Shown here: in pieces, positions 1-9,438 of the stretch
Numbering within the stretch: position 1 is the first letter of the stretch
How the letters are laid out: every line of letters begins with the position of its first letter
From: Deltaproteobacteria bacterium
GTDB lineage: Bacteria; Desulfobacterota; Deferrimicrobia; Deferrimicrobiales; Deferrimicrobiaceae
Length of the DNA stretch: 64,000 nt
Assembly: GCA_037439645.1 (NCBI GenBank)
Contig: JBBIVQ010000007.1
Span: 9,029 to 73,028, forward strand
Direction: 5' to 3'
Notes under the pieces: model-generated
Told to the model about the DNA's origin: nothing
Database searches by the model: none
The model's input: the letters and a program-made list of their open reading frames with translations, nothing else
Made by a program: the position numbers and the translations under genes

Positions 1-510
1 CCCTTCCATGACCGGCATCGCCGCCTCGGGGCCGATGTCGCCGAGCCCCAGCACCGCCGTGCCGTCGGAAACGACCGCCACGGCGTTCCTGCGGATCGTC
101 AGGGAGAACGACTTCTTCACGTCCTTGTGGATCGCCATGCAGACGCGCGCGACGCCCGGCGTGTAGGCCATCGAGAGGTCGTTCCGGGTCTTCACCGGGA
201 TCTTGTTGTGAACCTCGATCTTGCCGCCGAGGTGCACCAGGAAGGTCCGGTCGGAAACGTTCACGACCTTGACCCCCGGGATCTGCTTCATGGCGTTGAT
301 GATCTCCTGCGCGTGATCGATCCCCCGTGCCCGCGCGGTGACGTCCCGGATGACCGTGCCTTTCCCATGGCCGGAGAGATCGACCGCCCCGATGTCGCCG
401 CCGGCGGCCCCGATCGCGGTGGTCACCTTGCCGAGCATCCCCACCTTGTTCTGGATCTCCAACCGCATCGTGATGCTGTAACTTTCGCTTGGAGAAAGCG
501 CCATGGCCAT
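1..510 (-). CDS. NAD(P)-dependent malic enzyme with N-terminal ACT domain; 5' partial, C-terminus lies beyond the window start
   Basis: Minus-strand translation from ATG at 510 reads [31 protein letters not shown]...[12 protein letters not shown]. The ACT-like N-domain is followed by the conserved malic-enzyme MAYTPGVA motif. GGAGG sits upstream of the start. Confidence 0.8.
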   Translation of the reverse strand, partial: MAMALSPSESYSITMRLEIQNKVGMLGKVTTAIGAAGGDIGAVDLSGHGKGTVIRDVTARARGIDHAQEIINAMKQIPGVKVVNVSDRTFLVHLGGKIEVHNKIPVKTRNDLSMAYTPGVARVCMAIHKDVKKSFSLTIRRNAVAVVSDGTAVLGLGDIGPEAAMPVMEG

Positions 511-601
511 CGATCCCTCCTCTGCAGGTTGGTGGTGCGGGCGCAAAGGCGTATTTTAGGCGGCCCGACCCGTGGATATCAAGGAAATAGGGGGTACACG
601 G

Positions 602-856
602 TCACCTTCCGGAGTCCCGGCGGTAGACCATCACGTCGAACCCCTGGACGTCCACCTCGAAGACGCACCCGCCGGAGACGCACGTGGTGAGGCCTCCCGT
701 TTCGTCCGCATCGGCCGCCGCGGTGAACGCCCCCTGGGCGGTGAGCGCGTCGATCATCTCCCGGACTTCGCGAAACGTCAGGTCCATCGCGGTGATGATG
801 TTGTAGACGCGCCCCTTGTGGAAGATCGGATATACGTCGAATTCGTCGCTCCCCAT
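602..856 (-). CDS. small hypothetical protein (84 aa)
   Basis: Minus-strand ORF MGSDEFDVYPIFHKGRVYNIITAMDLTFREVREMIDAL... with a strong GGGAGGAGGGAAGG RBS immediately upstream of ATG at 856. GC3-rich codon usage. No family recognised. Confidence 0.55.
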   Translation of the reverse strand: MGSDEFDVYPIFHKGRVYNIITAMDLTFREVREMIDALTAQGAFTAAADADETGGLTTCVSGGCVFEVDVQGFDVMVYRRDSGR

Positions 857-874
857 CCTTCCCTCCTCCCGTCG

Positions 875-2488
875 ATGCCAGTGTACCACGCGGGATTGAA
901 AGAACTTCCGCCGTCTGCTACCGTCAAGACATTCGCACCCCGCGGAGACCGGAGGGATCCCTTGCTCATCCAGGACATCCTCGAACACCACGCCCGCATC
1001 CATCCTTCCCGGATCGCCCTCATCGCGGGGAAGGAAGAGGTGACCTACCGGGAACTGCGCGACCGGGCCGGAGGATACGCCGCCGCGCTCCGATCGGCGG
1101 GGATCGGAAGCGGGGACCGCGTGGCGATCCTTGCCCAGAACTCCGTCCTCTACCTCGAGGCCCTGTTCGCGGTGACGCGGGCGGGAGCCGCCCTCGTTCC
1201 GCTGAACCACCTGATGATCGGCCGGGAACTGGTCGCCATCCTCGAGGACGCGGAAGTAAAGGCGCTCCTGTTCACCCGGGATTTCGGGGCCCGGGTCGAC
1301 GAGATCCGCGATTCACTGCCGGGGATCCCCTGCTTCGTGCGCATCGACGACTCCGCCCTGGCGGGCGGAACGGGAGTCGACGCGCCGGCCCCGTCGGCGC
1401 CGATCCTCGAGACGGACATCGCGCTGATCATCTACGATGGCGGAATATCGAGCCGGCCGCGGGGGGCGATGCTTTCCCACCGGAACCTGCTTGCCGCCTC
1501 CGCCTCCTCGGCGATCGAACTTTCCCTTTCGCGGAACGACGTTTTCCTGTCGTGCGCCCCTCTCCCCTTCCTCGGCGGGACAGGGAGGCTCTTCCGTTTC
1601 CTCTACGTGGGGGCGACCGTCGTCCTTCAGCCCGAATTCGACCCGGCAGAGGCGCTGCGGGCCATCGAACGCCGATCCGTCACGAGGGTGCTTCTCACTC
1701 CGACGATGATGGCGCAGATTCTCGCCTTCCCCTCCGCGGGGAGGTTCAACCTGTCCACCTTGAGGACCGTCCTGTACGGCGGCGCGGTGATTCCGCTGGA
1801 TCTGCTCAAGCGCGCCATCCGGTTCTTCCGGTGCGGCGTGGTCCAGTCTCACGGAACCGTGGAGTCCGCCGGCCTCCTGACGGTCCTGCACGAGGAGGAT
1901 CATTCGCTGGACGAGAGCACCCCCTACATGCGGAAACTCATGTCGATCGGAAAAGAGGCGATCGGGGTCGAGGTCCGCGTCGTCGACGAGACCGGTGGCG
2001 AGATCTCCCCGAACGGGGTGGGGGAGATCGTGGCCCGCGGGCCGAACGTTTTCGAAGGGTACCGGAACGACCCGGTCCTCACGGGAAAGATCCTGCGGAA
2101 CGGCTGGCTCCACACGGGGGACATCGCCTCCATCGACGAGGATGGGTACATCTACGTCGTCGACCGGAAACGGGACACGTTGACGATCGAGGGGATCTCG
2201 GTCTCCCCTCGCGAGATCGAGCACATCCTGTGCGAGCACCCCTGCGTGAAGGAGGCCGCCGTCGTGCCCCGCCCCGACTACACGATGGGCGAAGTGCCGG
2301 TCGCGGTGGTCGTGCCGCGGGAGGGAACGTCGGCGGATGCGGGGGATCTGCTGGCACACTGCCGGAGGAACATGGCGCCCTTCAAGGTGCCGCACGCGAT
2401 CGAGTTCGTGGAAACCTTACCACGGAACGCCCAGGGAAAGGTCCTGAAGGCGCGCCTTCGTGACGTCCAGGCCCGGCGTCCCCGCTGA
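875..2488 (+). CDS. AMP-dependent synthetase/ligase (acyl-CoA synthetase family)
   Basis: The first in-frame ATG not overlapped by the minus-strand small gene starts MPVYHAGLKELPP... Typical adenylate-forming enzyme regions are present (TYRELRDRAGGYAAAL, IIYDGGISSRPRGAMLSHRNL, YGGAVIPLD, WLHTGDIASIDEDGYIYVVDRKRD, GKVLKARLRD). Confidence 0.85.
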   Translation: MPVYHAGLKELPPSATVKTFAPRGDRRDPLLIQDILEHHARIHPSRIALIAGKEEVTYRELRDRAGGYAAALRSAGIGSGDRVAILAQNSVLYLEALFAVTRAGAALVPLNHLMIGRELVAILEDAEVKALLFTRDFGARVDEIRDSLPGIPCFVRIDDSALAGGTGVDAPAPSAPILETDIALIIYDGGISSRPRGAMLSHRNLLAASASSAIELSLSRNDVFLSCAPLPFLGGTGRLFRFLYVGATVVLQPEFDPAEALRAIERRSVTRVLLTPTMMAQILAFPSAGRFNLSTLRTVLYGGAVIPLDLLKRAIRFFRCGVVQSHGTVESAGLLTVLHEEDHSLDESTPYMRKLMSIGKEAIGVEVRVVDETGGEISPNGVGEIVARGPNVFEGYRNDPVLTGKILRNGWLHTGDIASIDEDGYIYVVDRKRDTLTIEGISVSPREIEHILCEHPCVKEAAVVPRPDYTMGEVPVAVVVPREGTSADAGDLLAHCRRNMAPFKVPHAIEFVETLPRNAQGKVLKARLRDVQARRPR

Positions 2489-3079
2489 TCACCCCGCGGG
2501 CTTTTCTCCTTCGCCGAACACTTCCGCGGTAAACGCCCAAAGCGTCGCCCCCTGCCGCCACGCCGAAACCGGCAGGCCGGCCTTCACGCACACCTGTTCG
2601 AGGAATTTCTCCCGGTCCCATCCCCATTCGACGGGGACCTGCGGCAGCAACAGCCCCCGTTTCCGGCCCTGCGACACCAGCAAACCGTGCCGGCCGACCT
2701 CGACGTCTTCGGGGCGGATGGGAAACAGTGGGGTGAGTACGGAGATCTCGACGCGCACGGAGCGGAGTTCGTCCGATGATACGGGAGGAAAGCGGGGATC
2801 CTCGGTGGCGGCTGCCACCGCGCACTCCTGGACGACCTTGAAGAGCGGAGCCACCGCCTCGGTGTACCCGATGCAACCGCGCAGGCGGCCGTTCTTCGTG
2901 AGGGTGACGAACGCGGCCCCCGGGGCGGCAAGCGTCCCCGCCGTTCCTTCCCCTTCCTCGGCGGGAACCTTCCCCGCGACGACGTAACCTTCCATCGCCC
3001 TGCGGGCGACCCCGAGAAGAGCGGCCCGCTGCGCATCGTCCAGATAACCTCCCGGGTCCGTCCGGGCGGTTTCCGTCAT
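2489..3079 (-). CDS. AMMECR1-domain protein
   Basis: Minus-strand ORF from ATG at 3079 (GGGGGAG RBS) starts MTETARTDPGGYLDDAQRAALL...GAAFVTLTKNGRLRGCIGY...GLLLPQV. This is the AMMECR1 signature (LRGCIG). Confidence 0.8.
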   Translation of the reverse strand: MTETARTDPGGYLDDAQRAALLGVARRAMEGYVVAGKVPAEEGEGTAGTLAAPGAAFVTLTKNGRLRGCIGYTEAVAPLFKVVQECAVAAATEDPRFPPVSSDELRSVRVEISVLTPLFPIRPEDVEVGRHGLLVSQGRKRGLLLPQVPVEWGWDREKFLEQVCVKAGLPVSAWRQGATLWAFTAEVFGEGEKPAG

Positions 3080-3098
3080 CGGGCCGTCTCCCCCGGGC

Positions 3099-4214
3099 TC
3101 AACCCGGTTGCGGCCGGTATTCCGCCGCGAACGTCCCCACGTTCCCTTCCGCCGGATCCATTTCACCCGGAACGACCATCTTCGATTGGCAAGCGAGGAA
3201 CGCGGGGACGATTTCCGGATCGAACTGGCTCCCGGAGCAGCGCCGGATCTCGGCGATCGCGTCCGCGACGGGAAGGGCCTTCCTGTACGCGCGCGTGGAG
3301 GTCATGGCGTCGAAGGTGTCGGCGACCGTCATGATGCGGGAGGCGAGAGGGATCGCCTTCCCGGCGAGACGGGACGGATACCCCTTCCCGTCGAACCGTT
3401 CGTGGTGGTGCAGGATCGCCGGCAGAAGCGGGTGGAAAAACGGGATCGGTTCGAGGATCCGCACGGCGGCCTCGGGGTGGCGGACGATCTCGGCGAATTC
3501 CTCCTCCGTGAGCCTCCCGGGTTTGTTCAGGACCGCCTCCCGGACGCCGATCTTCCCGAGGTCGTGAAGCACCGACGCCCGGTTCAGGTTTTCGAGCTCC
3601 TGCCCCGCCATCCCCAGTTCCTCGGCGATGGCGACGGAGTAGAGGGTGACGCGCTGCGAGTGGCCGCGCGTGTAGAAGTCCTTCGCCTCGAGCGCCTTGA
3701 TCATCGCGTCGATCGACCGGGCGTACATATGGTTGATGATGTCGGTCTGCTCCTTCACCTTCTTCTCGAGGTTCGCGCGGTAATCGCTCAGCTCCCGCTC
3801 CAGTTCCTTCTTCCGCAACGCGTTCTCGATGGTGATCAGCAGGACGTCGAAGTTGAACGGTTTCGTAATGTAGTCGCACGCCCCCATTTTGAGCGCATGG
3901 ACGGCGGTGTCGAGCTCGGCGTTGGCGGACATGACGATGCCTGCCGTACCCGGGGACCGCTTCCCCCACTCGCCGAGAAGCGCGATCCCGTCCATGACGG
4001 GCATCTTGATGTCGGTCAGGAGGACGTGGTATTGTCCACCCCCTTCGAGCATGGAGAGCGCCTCGTTCCCGTTCGATGCCTCGTCCACGGAATATCCCGC
4101 GATTCCGAGGCGTTCCCTCACGATGGATCGGAGGAATTCCTCGTCGTCGACCACCAGGATGCGTGCCCTGGAGGAGCGCTCCCCGATCCCCGGGGTCTGG
4201 ATTGCATGGCCCAT
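3099..4214 (-). CDS. response regulator: receiver domain fused to HD-GYP phosphodiesterase
   Basis: N-terminus ILVVDDEEFLR...LLTDIKMPVMDG is a REC domain. C-terminus has LHDLGKIGV...HHERFDGKGYP, the HD-GYP motif. The stop lies 20 nt upstream of the AMMECR1 start on the same strand. Confidence 0.85.
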   Translation of the reverse strand: MGHAIQTPGIGERSSRARILVVDDEEFLRSIVRERLGIAGYSVDEASNGNEALSMLEGGGQYHVLLTDIKMPVMDGIALLGEWGKRSPGTAGIVMSANAELDTAVHALKMGACDYITKPFNFDVLLITIENALRKKELERELSDYRANLEKKVKEQTDIINHMYARSIDAMIKALEAKDFYTRGHSQRVTLYSVAIAEELGMAGQELENLNRASVLHDLGKIGVREAVLNKPGRLTEEEFAEIVRHPEAAVRILEPIPFFHPLLPAILHHHERFDGKGYPSRLAGKAIPLASRIMTVADTFDAMTSTRAYRKALPVADAIAEIRRCSGSQFDPEIVPAFLACQSKMVVPGEMDPAEGNVGTFAAEYRPQPG

Positions 4215-4292
4215 GATCTGATTATCGGCTGCGAATCCTGAAAACTTTACCGAAGAAACGGATCGGGATTCCCCGAGGAGTGCCAGATGGGT

Positions 4293-5333
4293 TCATACGT
4301 TGAACCGGACGTGCAGGATGTCCCCGTCCTTGACGACGTACTCCTTCCCCTCGAGACGGAGTTTTCCTTCTGTCTTCGCCTTCGCCATCGAGCCGCACCG
4401 AAGGAAATCGTCCGAGGAGATCACCTCGGCCCGGATGAAGCCTTTCTCGAGGTCGGAGTGGATCTTCCCCGCCGCCGCCGGGGCGGCGCTCCCCTCCCGC
4501 ACGTTCCACGCGCGCACCTCGTCCTCCCCCACCGTCAGGAAGGAGATGTACCGGGTCGCCTCGAACGCCCCGCGGACGAGCTGGTCCCGGGCGGACCGCG
4601 CGATCCCCATCTCTTTCAGGAAGTCGGCCTGCTCGGACGGCGACAGCTGGGCGATCTCCTCCTCGACCTTCGCGCACAGGCGCACCATGGGGACCTTCGC
4701 GTCCGCCGCCGCCGACGTCACGGCGGGGGGCGGATCCGACGTCACCTCCCCCTCCCCGACGTTCAGGACGAGCAGGGTCGGGAGGCGGCTGATGAACCGG
4801 AACCCCGAGAGGACCCGTTCCTCCTCGGCCGACAGGTCGACGCTCCGGAGGGGAAGATCGCGCTCGAACGCCGCGATCGCCTTGTGCAGTGCGGTCCACT
4901 CCGCGTCCCGCTTCGCTTCCTTCGTCATCCGCTCGACCCGCTTCTGCGCGACGAGGTAGTCGGAGAGGACGATGGCGGAGGAGAGTTCGCGGAATTCCGC
5001 CGCGGGGTCGAGTCCGCCGGGAGGCGCCGGGTGGTAGTCGTCGGCGAAAGCCCGGACGACCAGCGCGAGAACCTCGACGTTCCGAAGCTCCGTCAGCGCC
5101 TGCGGGGCAAGAAGGTCCGTCTCCCCCGCGTCGATGTCGTGGAACGCGATCGAGATGTAGGTGGTCTTTTTCGGCCGGAAGATCTCCGCCATCCGGTCGA
5201 CCCGCTCGTCGGGGACCTTGATGGCGCACACCCCCGCGTTCTTCCCCGGGGCGCTCCCTTCCACGATGCCCGAAAGCGAACGGAACAGCGTGCTCTTCCC
5301 CGATCCCGTGTTTCCGAAGATGCCTACGTCCAC
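4293..5333 (-). CDS. ychF: ribosome-binding ATPase YchF (Obg-family GTPase)
   Basis: GTG start at 5333 with an AAGGAAGGGG RBS. Product starts MDVGIFGNTGSGKSTLFRSLSG (P-loop) and ends in a TGS-like domain (GKEYVVKDGDILHVRFNV). Confidence 0.9.
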   Translation of the reverse strand: MDVGIFGNTGSGKSTLFRSLSGIVEGSAPGKNAGVCAIKVPDERVDRMAEIFRPKKTTYISIAFHDIDAGETDLLAPQALTELRNVEVLALVVRAFADDYHPAPPGGLDPAAEFRELSSAIVLSDYLVAQKRVERMTKEAKRDAEWTALHKAIAAFERDLPLRSVDLSAEEERVLSGFRFISRLPTLLVLNVGEGEVTSDPPPAVTSAAADAKVPMVRLCAKVEEEIAQLSPSEQADFLKEMGIARSARDQLVRGAFEATRYISFLTVGEDEVRAWNVREGSAAPAAAGKIHSDLEKGFIRAEVISSDDFLRCGSMAKAKTEGKLRLEGKEYVVKDGDILHVRFNV

Positions 5334-5347
5334 CGTGCCGCCCCTTC

Positions 5348-5377
5348 CTTAGTGCACCCCTTCATGATTACGGTAAC
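5348..5377 (-). promoter_or_regulatory. conserved 30-nt upstream element GTTACCGTAATYATGAAGGGGTGYACTAAG (copy upstream of ychF)
   Basis: On the minus strand it reads GTTACCGTAATCATGAAGGGGTGCACTAAG, ending 14 nt before the ychF GTG start. A 28/30 identical copy lies upstream of the GNAT gene on the plus strand. Confidence 0.45.
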
Positions 5378-5515
5378 GTATCCGGACGCAGGGCGCAGCG
5401 GGGGGTTCCACGCAGCGGCGTCTGGAGCGCAGCGGAGACATGGAGGTCGGGAGCAAGCGGAGGCGCAGGCGAGGAGACCACGGACGGTCGACGAGCCGTA
5501 GCGGAGTGGAAGCCC

Positions 5516-5535
5516 CCCGCGAGCCCGGAGTCCTT
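5516..5535 (+). repeat. copy 1 of a 20-nt intergenic repeat CCCGCGAGCCCGGAGTCCTT
   Basis: Identical 20-mer at 5516-5535 and 15260-15279. A 15-nt core GCGAGCCCGGAGTCC recurs at 27359-27373. All three copies are intergenic and in the same orientation. Confidence 0.6.
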
Positions 5536-5584
5536 TACCGCCATGAGCACTTGTTGACGTATTTAGGAATTGAAGCACTCAGGG

Positions 5585-6199
5585 TCACTTGCGGCCCCAC
5601 TTGCCGTCGTCCGACTGGATCGCCCAACCGGCCTGTGCCTTCTCCCTCCACTGTTTCGAGAACACCCGCCGGACCTGCGGCACCTGCTCCGTTTTCAGGT
5701 TGAGGGCTTTGGAGACCTCTTCGTAGAGCTGTCTCCGCGCCGCATTGTCCGCGTCGACCAGCCTCTTCATGGCCGCCACCTGCTGCAATCCCAAACCGTC
5801 GGTCCCGCGGACCGAAAGGAACCCGTCCCTGTCGATTCCCACATGGCCTTGCCCGTAGAAGGGGAGCAGTTGACCGTGCCGCTGGCCGATCTGGTCCTTC
5901 AGCCCGCGGATGGCGGCGTTGCTGACGGTCGTCGCCTCTTCGGCGAAGGCGATCTCCGGGCCGGGTGCGACGATCCGGGCGATGGTCCGGAACACGCCCC
6001 GTTCGTTCGACGACCCGGGTTTTTGCGACGGCGGATCCTTCGGAGGCTCCTGCTTCTCCCGGTAAACGTCTTCGACGATCTTTTCCGCCGTCTTTTCCAC
6101 CTGGGCGGCCGGGAAATAGACGTTGACCGTGACGCAACCCGCGATGAACGCGAGGACCGTGGCCACGGAGAAGATTGCGGGATGAACCGGCCGTTTCAT
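5585..6199 (-). CDS. YdbL-like periplasmic lipoprotein (DUF1318 family)
   Basis: Lipoprotein signal VLAFIAGC. The C-terminal region LVDADNAARRQLYEEVSKALNLKTEQVPQVRRVFSKQW resembles the YdbL/DUF1318 family. It sits immediately downstream of the large YdbH-like gene. Confidence 0.65.
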   Translation of the reverse strand: MKRPVHPAIFSVATVLAFIAGCVTVNVYFPAAQVEKTAEKIVEDVYREKQEPPKDPPSQKPGSSNERGVFRTIARIVAPGPEIAFAEEATTVSNAAIRGLKDQIGQRHGQLLPFYGQGHVGIDRDGFLSVRGTDGLGLQQVAAMKRLVDADNAARRQLYEEVSKALNLKTEQVPQVRRVFSKQWREKAQAGWAIQSDDGKWGRK

Positions 6200-6236
6200 G
6201 CGATCTCCCTTCCTGCAACGGTTGTCGGGCGTTTCC

Positions 6237-9200
6237 TCACCGGGACCGTTCGCCGGTCACGCGCTTCGCGCGGTCCAGCATGTCCGAAAACCCGATCCGG
6301 TTGTCCGCGTTGGCGTTGACCACGTCGATCCCGGAGAAGAAGCGCCTCTTGACGAGATATTCTACACCGTCTTCGTGGATGAGGCCCCGGACGGCGAAGA
6401 CGTCGTTTTCGAGGCGGCATTCGAAACCGATCTTTTCGTAGGAAAATTCCCGGAAAATCTTCGTCATCAGGGAAACCCCGAGCCCGCTCAACCCGGATCC
6501 CGTGCCCACCAGGGAGATGGAGTTCACCGCCTTGAGGCTCACCGACTGCTTCACCCCTTTCACCGGTACGGACTCCATCTTCAGGTGAAACGCGACGGGC
6601 TGGCCGTAGGCGATCCGCATTCCCTTCAGCGTGCCGGAGAGTCGGCCGGTGACGCGGCCGACGCCCAAGGCGGCGGAGAAGCGTTCGAGGTCGAGGAGGG
6701 AGACTTCGATGTCGGCGCCGATCTCACGGCCGGGGGCGAAGGGCCGGTCCACCGCCACGCGGCGGACCTCCCACCGGCCGCCGAACAGGTCGCCGGTGAG
6801 CGCGCCGTCGGCGGTTCCCCGCTCCCGTTCGATGACGACGGGGTCCAGGATCCCCCCGAGGTGTCCCTCCAATGACGGATCTTTTCCTGCGAGACGCGCG
6901 AGATCGAGTCCGTCCAACCGCGCCGACATCCTGACACGGAACTTCGGAGAGAGCGGTTCGTCGACCTGGATTCGCCGCAGCGAGACGTTCGCGCCGAAGA
7001 CCGGCAGGTCGACTGTTCCCCCGAGGTAGAGGTGATTGGGCACCAGGACGGCCGGAACGTCGAACGGTCCCAGGATCCTTCCGTCCAGGAAAACCCGATC
7101 GAGCCGTATCCTGCCCCACTTCTCCGCGGCCGCCGGCCTCGGGCGCCCCGGGTTCGCGGCGCCGAGGGAATAAGCGATCGGCAGGTCGACGTCGAGCCCC
7201 GAAAGAAACGGGGGGTCGGTTCCCGTGCGGACCTCGCCCGAGCGCAAACGAAGTTCTCCGCTCAGAACGGCGGCGTTCCCGGAACCGGAGAACGAAAGGT
7301 CGATCCCGGCGGTCCCGTCCAGGTCCGCTTTTTCCATGGCGGGGTGCGAAGTCGACAAGGGATCCTTGAGGAAGGTCCGGAAGATCGGCCCGAGGCGGGC
7401 ATCGCGCACCGCGATCCGTCCCCTGTGGCTCCATCTTGCGCCTTCACGCCGGGCATTCCCGGAGAGGGTCAGGCGTCCGAATCCGTCCGAACCGCCCTCC
7501 AGGAGGAGGTCCGTGTACTCCCCGGGGGCCGGCCGGGTTCCCTCGACGTGAAGTGCCACGGGCGCCTTGCCGAAGTCGGCGTATACCGTGCCCCACAAGG
7601 TTTCCCCTTGACGAAGGGCCAGGTCGCCCTTGATCCGTGGACGAGGACCAAGGACCGCATCGAGCTGGATCCCGGCGCGAAGGTCCCGGCCCATCACGTC
7701 GCCGGAGGGAGAAGCGAAACCGAGACGGTCGAACGTGACCGCCGCCGTCATCCGCGGGCCGCCGGCCGCGGGATCGAGGAGAACGGCGACGTCGGCGGCG
7801 CCGGTGGGCGACCACGACGCAACGCCGGTTGCGCCGAGCGCACGGACCAGGGGAACCAGGGGCTCGACCGGCATCCGCTCGGCGGACATGCGTCCCCCGA
7901 CGCTTCCTCCGCGGAAGGAAAGGTCACCCGTCACGCGTCCCGCGACCTCCGAGCGGATCTCGATCGGCCCGACACGGAAGGCGTCGCCAAACGGTCCGGC
8001 GGATCCCCGAAGGTCCAGTTTCCCGATGGGCAACGGCCTTCCTTCATACAGCAGGTCCCCGGCCCCGACCGTCAATCCCCATCCGGGAAACGTGGGGTGG
8101 GAGGTCCTTCCTGCAAGCGGAACGTCGAAGCCGAACCGGCGCACGTCCAAGGGCCCCCGCTCGAATCGTCCGTATCCCTGGAGTCGCCCCGTCATGGGGA
8201 TCCTGCCGGCGGCCCACTCCGCCAACCGGCCTTTCAGGAGCAACGATCCCCCGATGCGACCGTCGAGTCCGGCCTCCCGATGGGAGATCGCCAGGTCCCG
8301 TGGGAGAAGGTTCACCTCCAGGACGCGATCCCTTCCGGGCGAGGAGAGGGCGAGGCGGAAGGGAAGACTCCCCTCCGGATCGACACCCGCGATGACGCCG
8401 GGCAGGACGGAATCCAGAAGAGGCTTCCACCGATCGATGTTTCGGATCGACCCGGCCGCCGTGACCGTGAGATCCTCCCATCCGGGTCCGCCGATCTTCC
8501 CGGCGGCGTGCAGAAGGCCTCCGACATCCAGCGTCCGCACCTCGATACGTGGATTCTTCCCGTCGAGGGTCGCCCCCGCCGTCGCGCCCAGCCGGATCGG
8601 ACCGACGCTCTTCCGCGGGCCTTCCGCAAGGCGCACCAGCGCATCCGGCATGAACAGGGTGAACGGGTCGGCCAGGAGGTCCGAACGGCTCACCTTCAAC
8701 GTCGCCCGGCCGATCATGCGGCCGGCAAGCCTGGGCAGGTCCAGGAGGACGTTCGCCGACGCCAGGTCGACTTCGAGCGAGGGGCCGCGAACCACCTTCC
8801 CTTGGGCCGAAAGCGTTCCGGCGGCGACGGTGGCGCCGTTTCGGCGAACGGCGAGTTCCGCGGAACCGTCGAGGCGGCGTATCCCCGCGCCCGAAGGGGT
8901 CATCCGCACCTGCAACCGGTCGGCCGCGAGTTCGCCCCGCGGGAACGCGATCCGGAGCCGGGATTCCGTCATCGAAAGATCTTCGACGTCGAACAGGCGG
9001 TTGAGCGGCGAAAGGTCCGGCGGGCCTTTCGTCTCCCCGGGACGCGGCCGCTCGAAGACCAGGCCGTTCGCTTCGACGTGCCGCAACCATGGGCCTCCGC
9101 CGAAGAGGCGGCCGGGGATCGGTTCGGCGCGAAGACGGTCCAGGCGCAGCAGGTCGCCTCCGGGTGCGGGCCAGGCGATCGAGAGGCCGGAAAGCGCGAT

Positions 9201-9389
9201 GGATGGCGGGTCCAGGGAAATTTCCAGCTTTGCGAGCGAGGCGCTTCCGCCTCTCGGGGTAAGTGCCCGACGCACCCAGGGGAGGGCCAGGTCGGGCCGT
9301 TTCGCGATCAACGCGAACGCGGATACGGCGAACACGATCAGCGCCGCCAGGCCCGCGGCGCACCGGATCGCCGCGCGTTTCACCGACAC
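6237..9389 (-). CDS. large membrane-anchored YdbH/AsmA-like protein (DctA-YdbH type)
   Basis: About 1050-aa minus-strand ORF. Proposed GTG start at 9389 (GGGGAG RBS) gives an N-terminal TM helix RAAIRCAAGLAALIVFAVSAFALIA. The protein is long, repetitive and Gly/Arg/Leu-rich, and is followed by the YdbL-like gene, as in the ydbH-ynbE-ydbL arrangement. Family assignment is by architecture and context only. Confidence 0.55.
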   Translation of the reverse strand: MSVKRAAIRCAAGLAALIVFAVSAFALIAKRPDLALPWVRRALTPRGGSASLAKLEISLDPPSIALSGLSIAWPAPGGDLLRLDRLRAEPIPGRLFGGGPWLRHVEANGLVFERPRPGETKGPPDLSPLNRLFDVEDLSMTESRLRIAFPRGELAADRLQVRMTPSGAGIRRLDGSAELAVRRNGATVAAGTLSAQGKVVRGPSLEVDLASANVLLDLPRLAGRMIGRATLKVSRSDLLADPFTLFMPDALVRLAEGPRKSVGPIRLGATAGATLDGKNPRIEVRTLDVGGLLHAAGKIGGPGWEDLTVTAAGSIRNIDRWKPLLDSVLPGVIAGVDPEGSLPFRLALSSPGRDRVLEVNLLPRDLAISHREAGLDGRIGGSLLLKGRLAEWAAGRIPMTGRLQGYGRFERGPLDVRRFGFDVPLAGRTSHPTFPGWGLTVGAGDLLYEGRPLPIGKLDLRGSAGPFGDAFRVGPIEIRSEVAGRVTGDLSFRGGSVGGRMSAERMPVEPLVPLVRALGATGVASWSPTGAADVAVLLDPAAGGPRMTAAVTFDRLGFASPSGDVMGRDLRAGIQLDAVLGPRPRIKGDLALRQGETLWGTVYADFGKAPVALHVEGTRPAPGEYTDLLLEGGSDGFGRLTLSGNARREGARWSHRGRIAVRDARLGPIFRTFLKDPLSTSHPAMEKADLDGTAGIDLSFSGSGNAAVLSGELRLRSGEVRTGTDPPFLSGLDVDLPIAYSLGAANPGRPRPAAAEKWGRIRLDRVFLDGRILGPFDVPAVLVPNHLYLGGTVDLPVFGANVSLRRIQVDEPLSPKFRVRMSARLDGLDLARLAGKDPSLEGHLGGILDPVVIERERGTADGALTGDLFGGRWEVRRVAVDRPFAPGREIGADIEVSLLDLERFSAALGVGRVTGRLSGTLKGMRIAYGQPVAFHLKMESVPVKGVKQSVSLKAVNSISLVGTGSGLSGLGVSLMTKIFREFSYEKIGFECRLENDVFAVRGLIHEDGVEYLVKRRFFSGIDVVNANADNRIGFSDMLDRAKRVTGERSR

Positions 9390-9438
9390 GGGATTTCTCC
9401 CCGGATCCCTTCCCGGCGAAAATGGCCTCTCATCGTTC

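Noticed and set aside
127-690. Plus-strand 187-aa ORF at the window start
   Set aside because: It overlaps the minus-strand malic-enzyme N-terminus, whose translation carries the conserved MAYTPGVA motif. The plus-frame product is Arg/Asp-rich nonsense.
5385-5460. Short CGCAGCGG-type direct repeats as a possible CRISPR or tandem array
   Set aside because: Units are under 10 nt, irregularly spaced and not separated by unique spacers. This is not CRISPR-like, and no cas genes are nearby.
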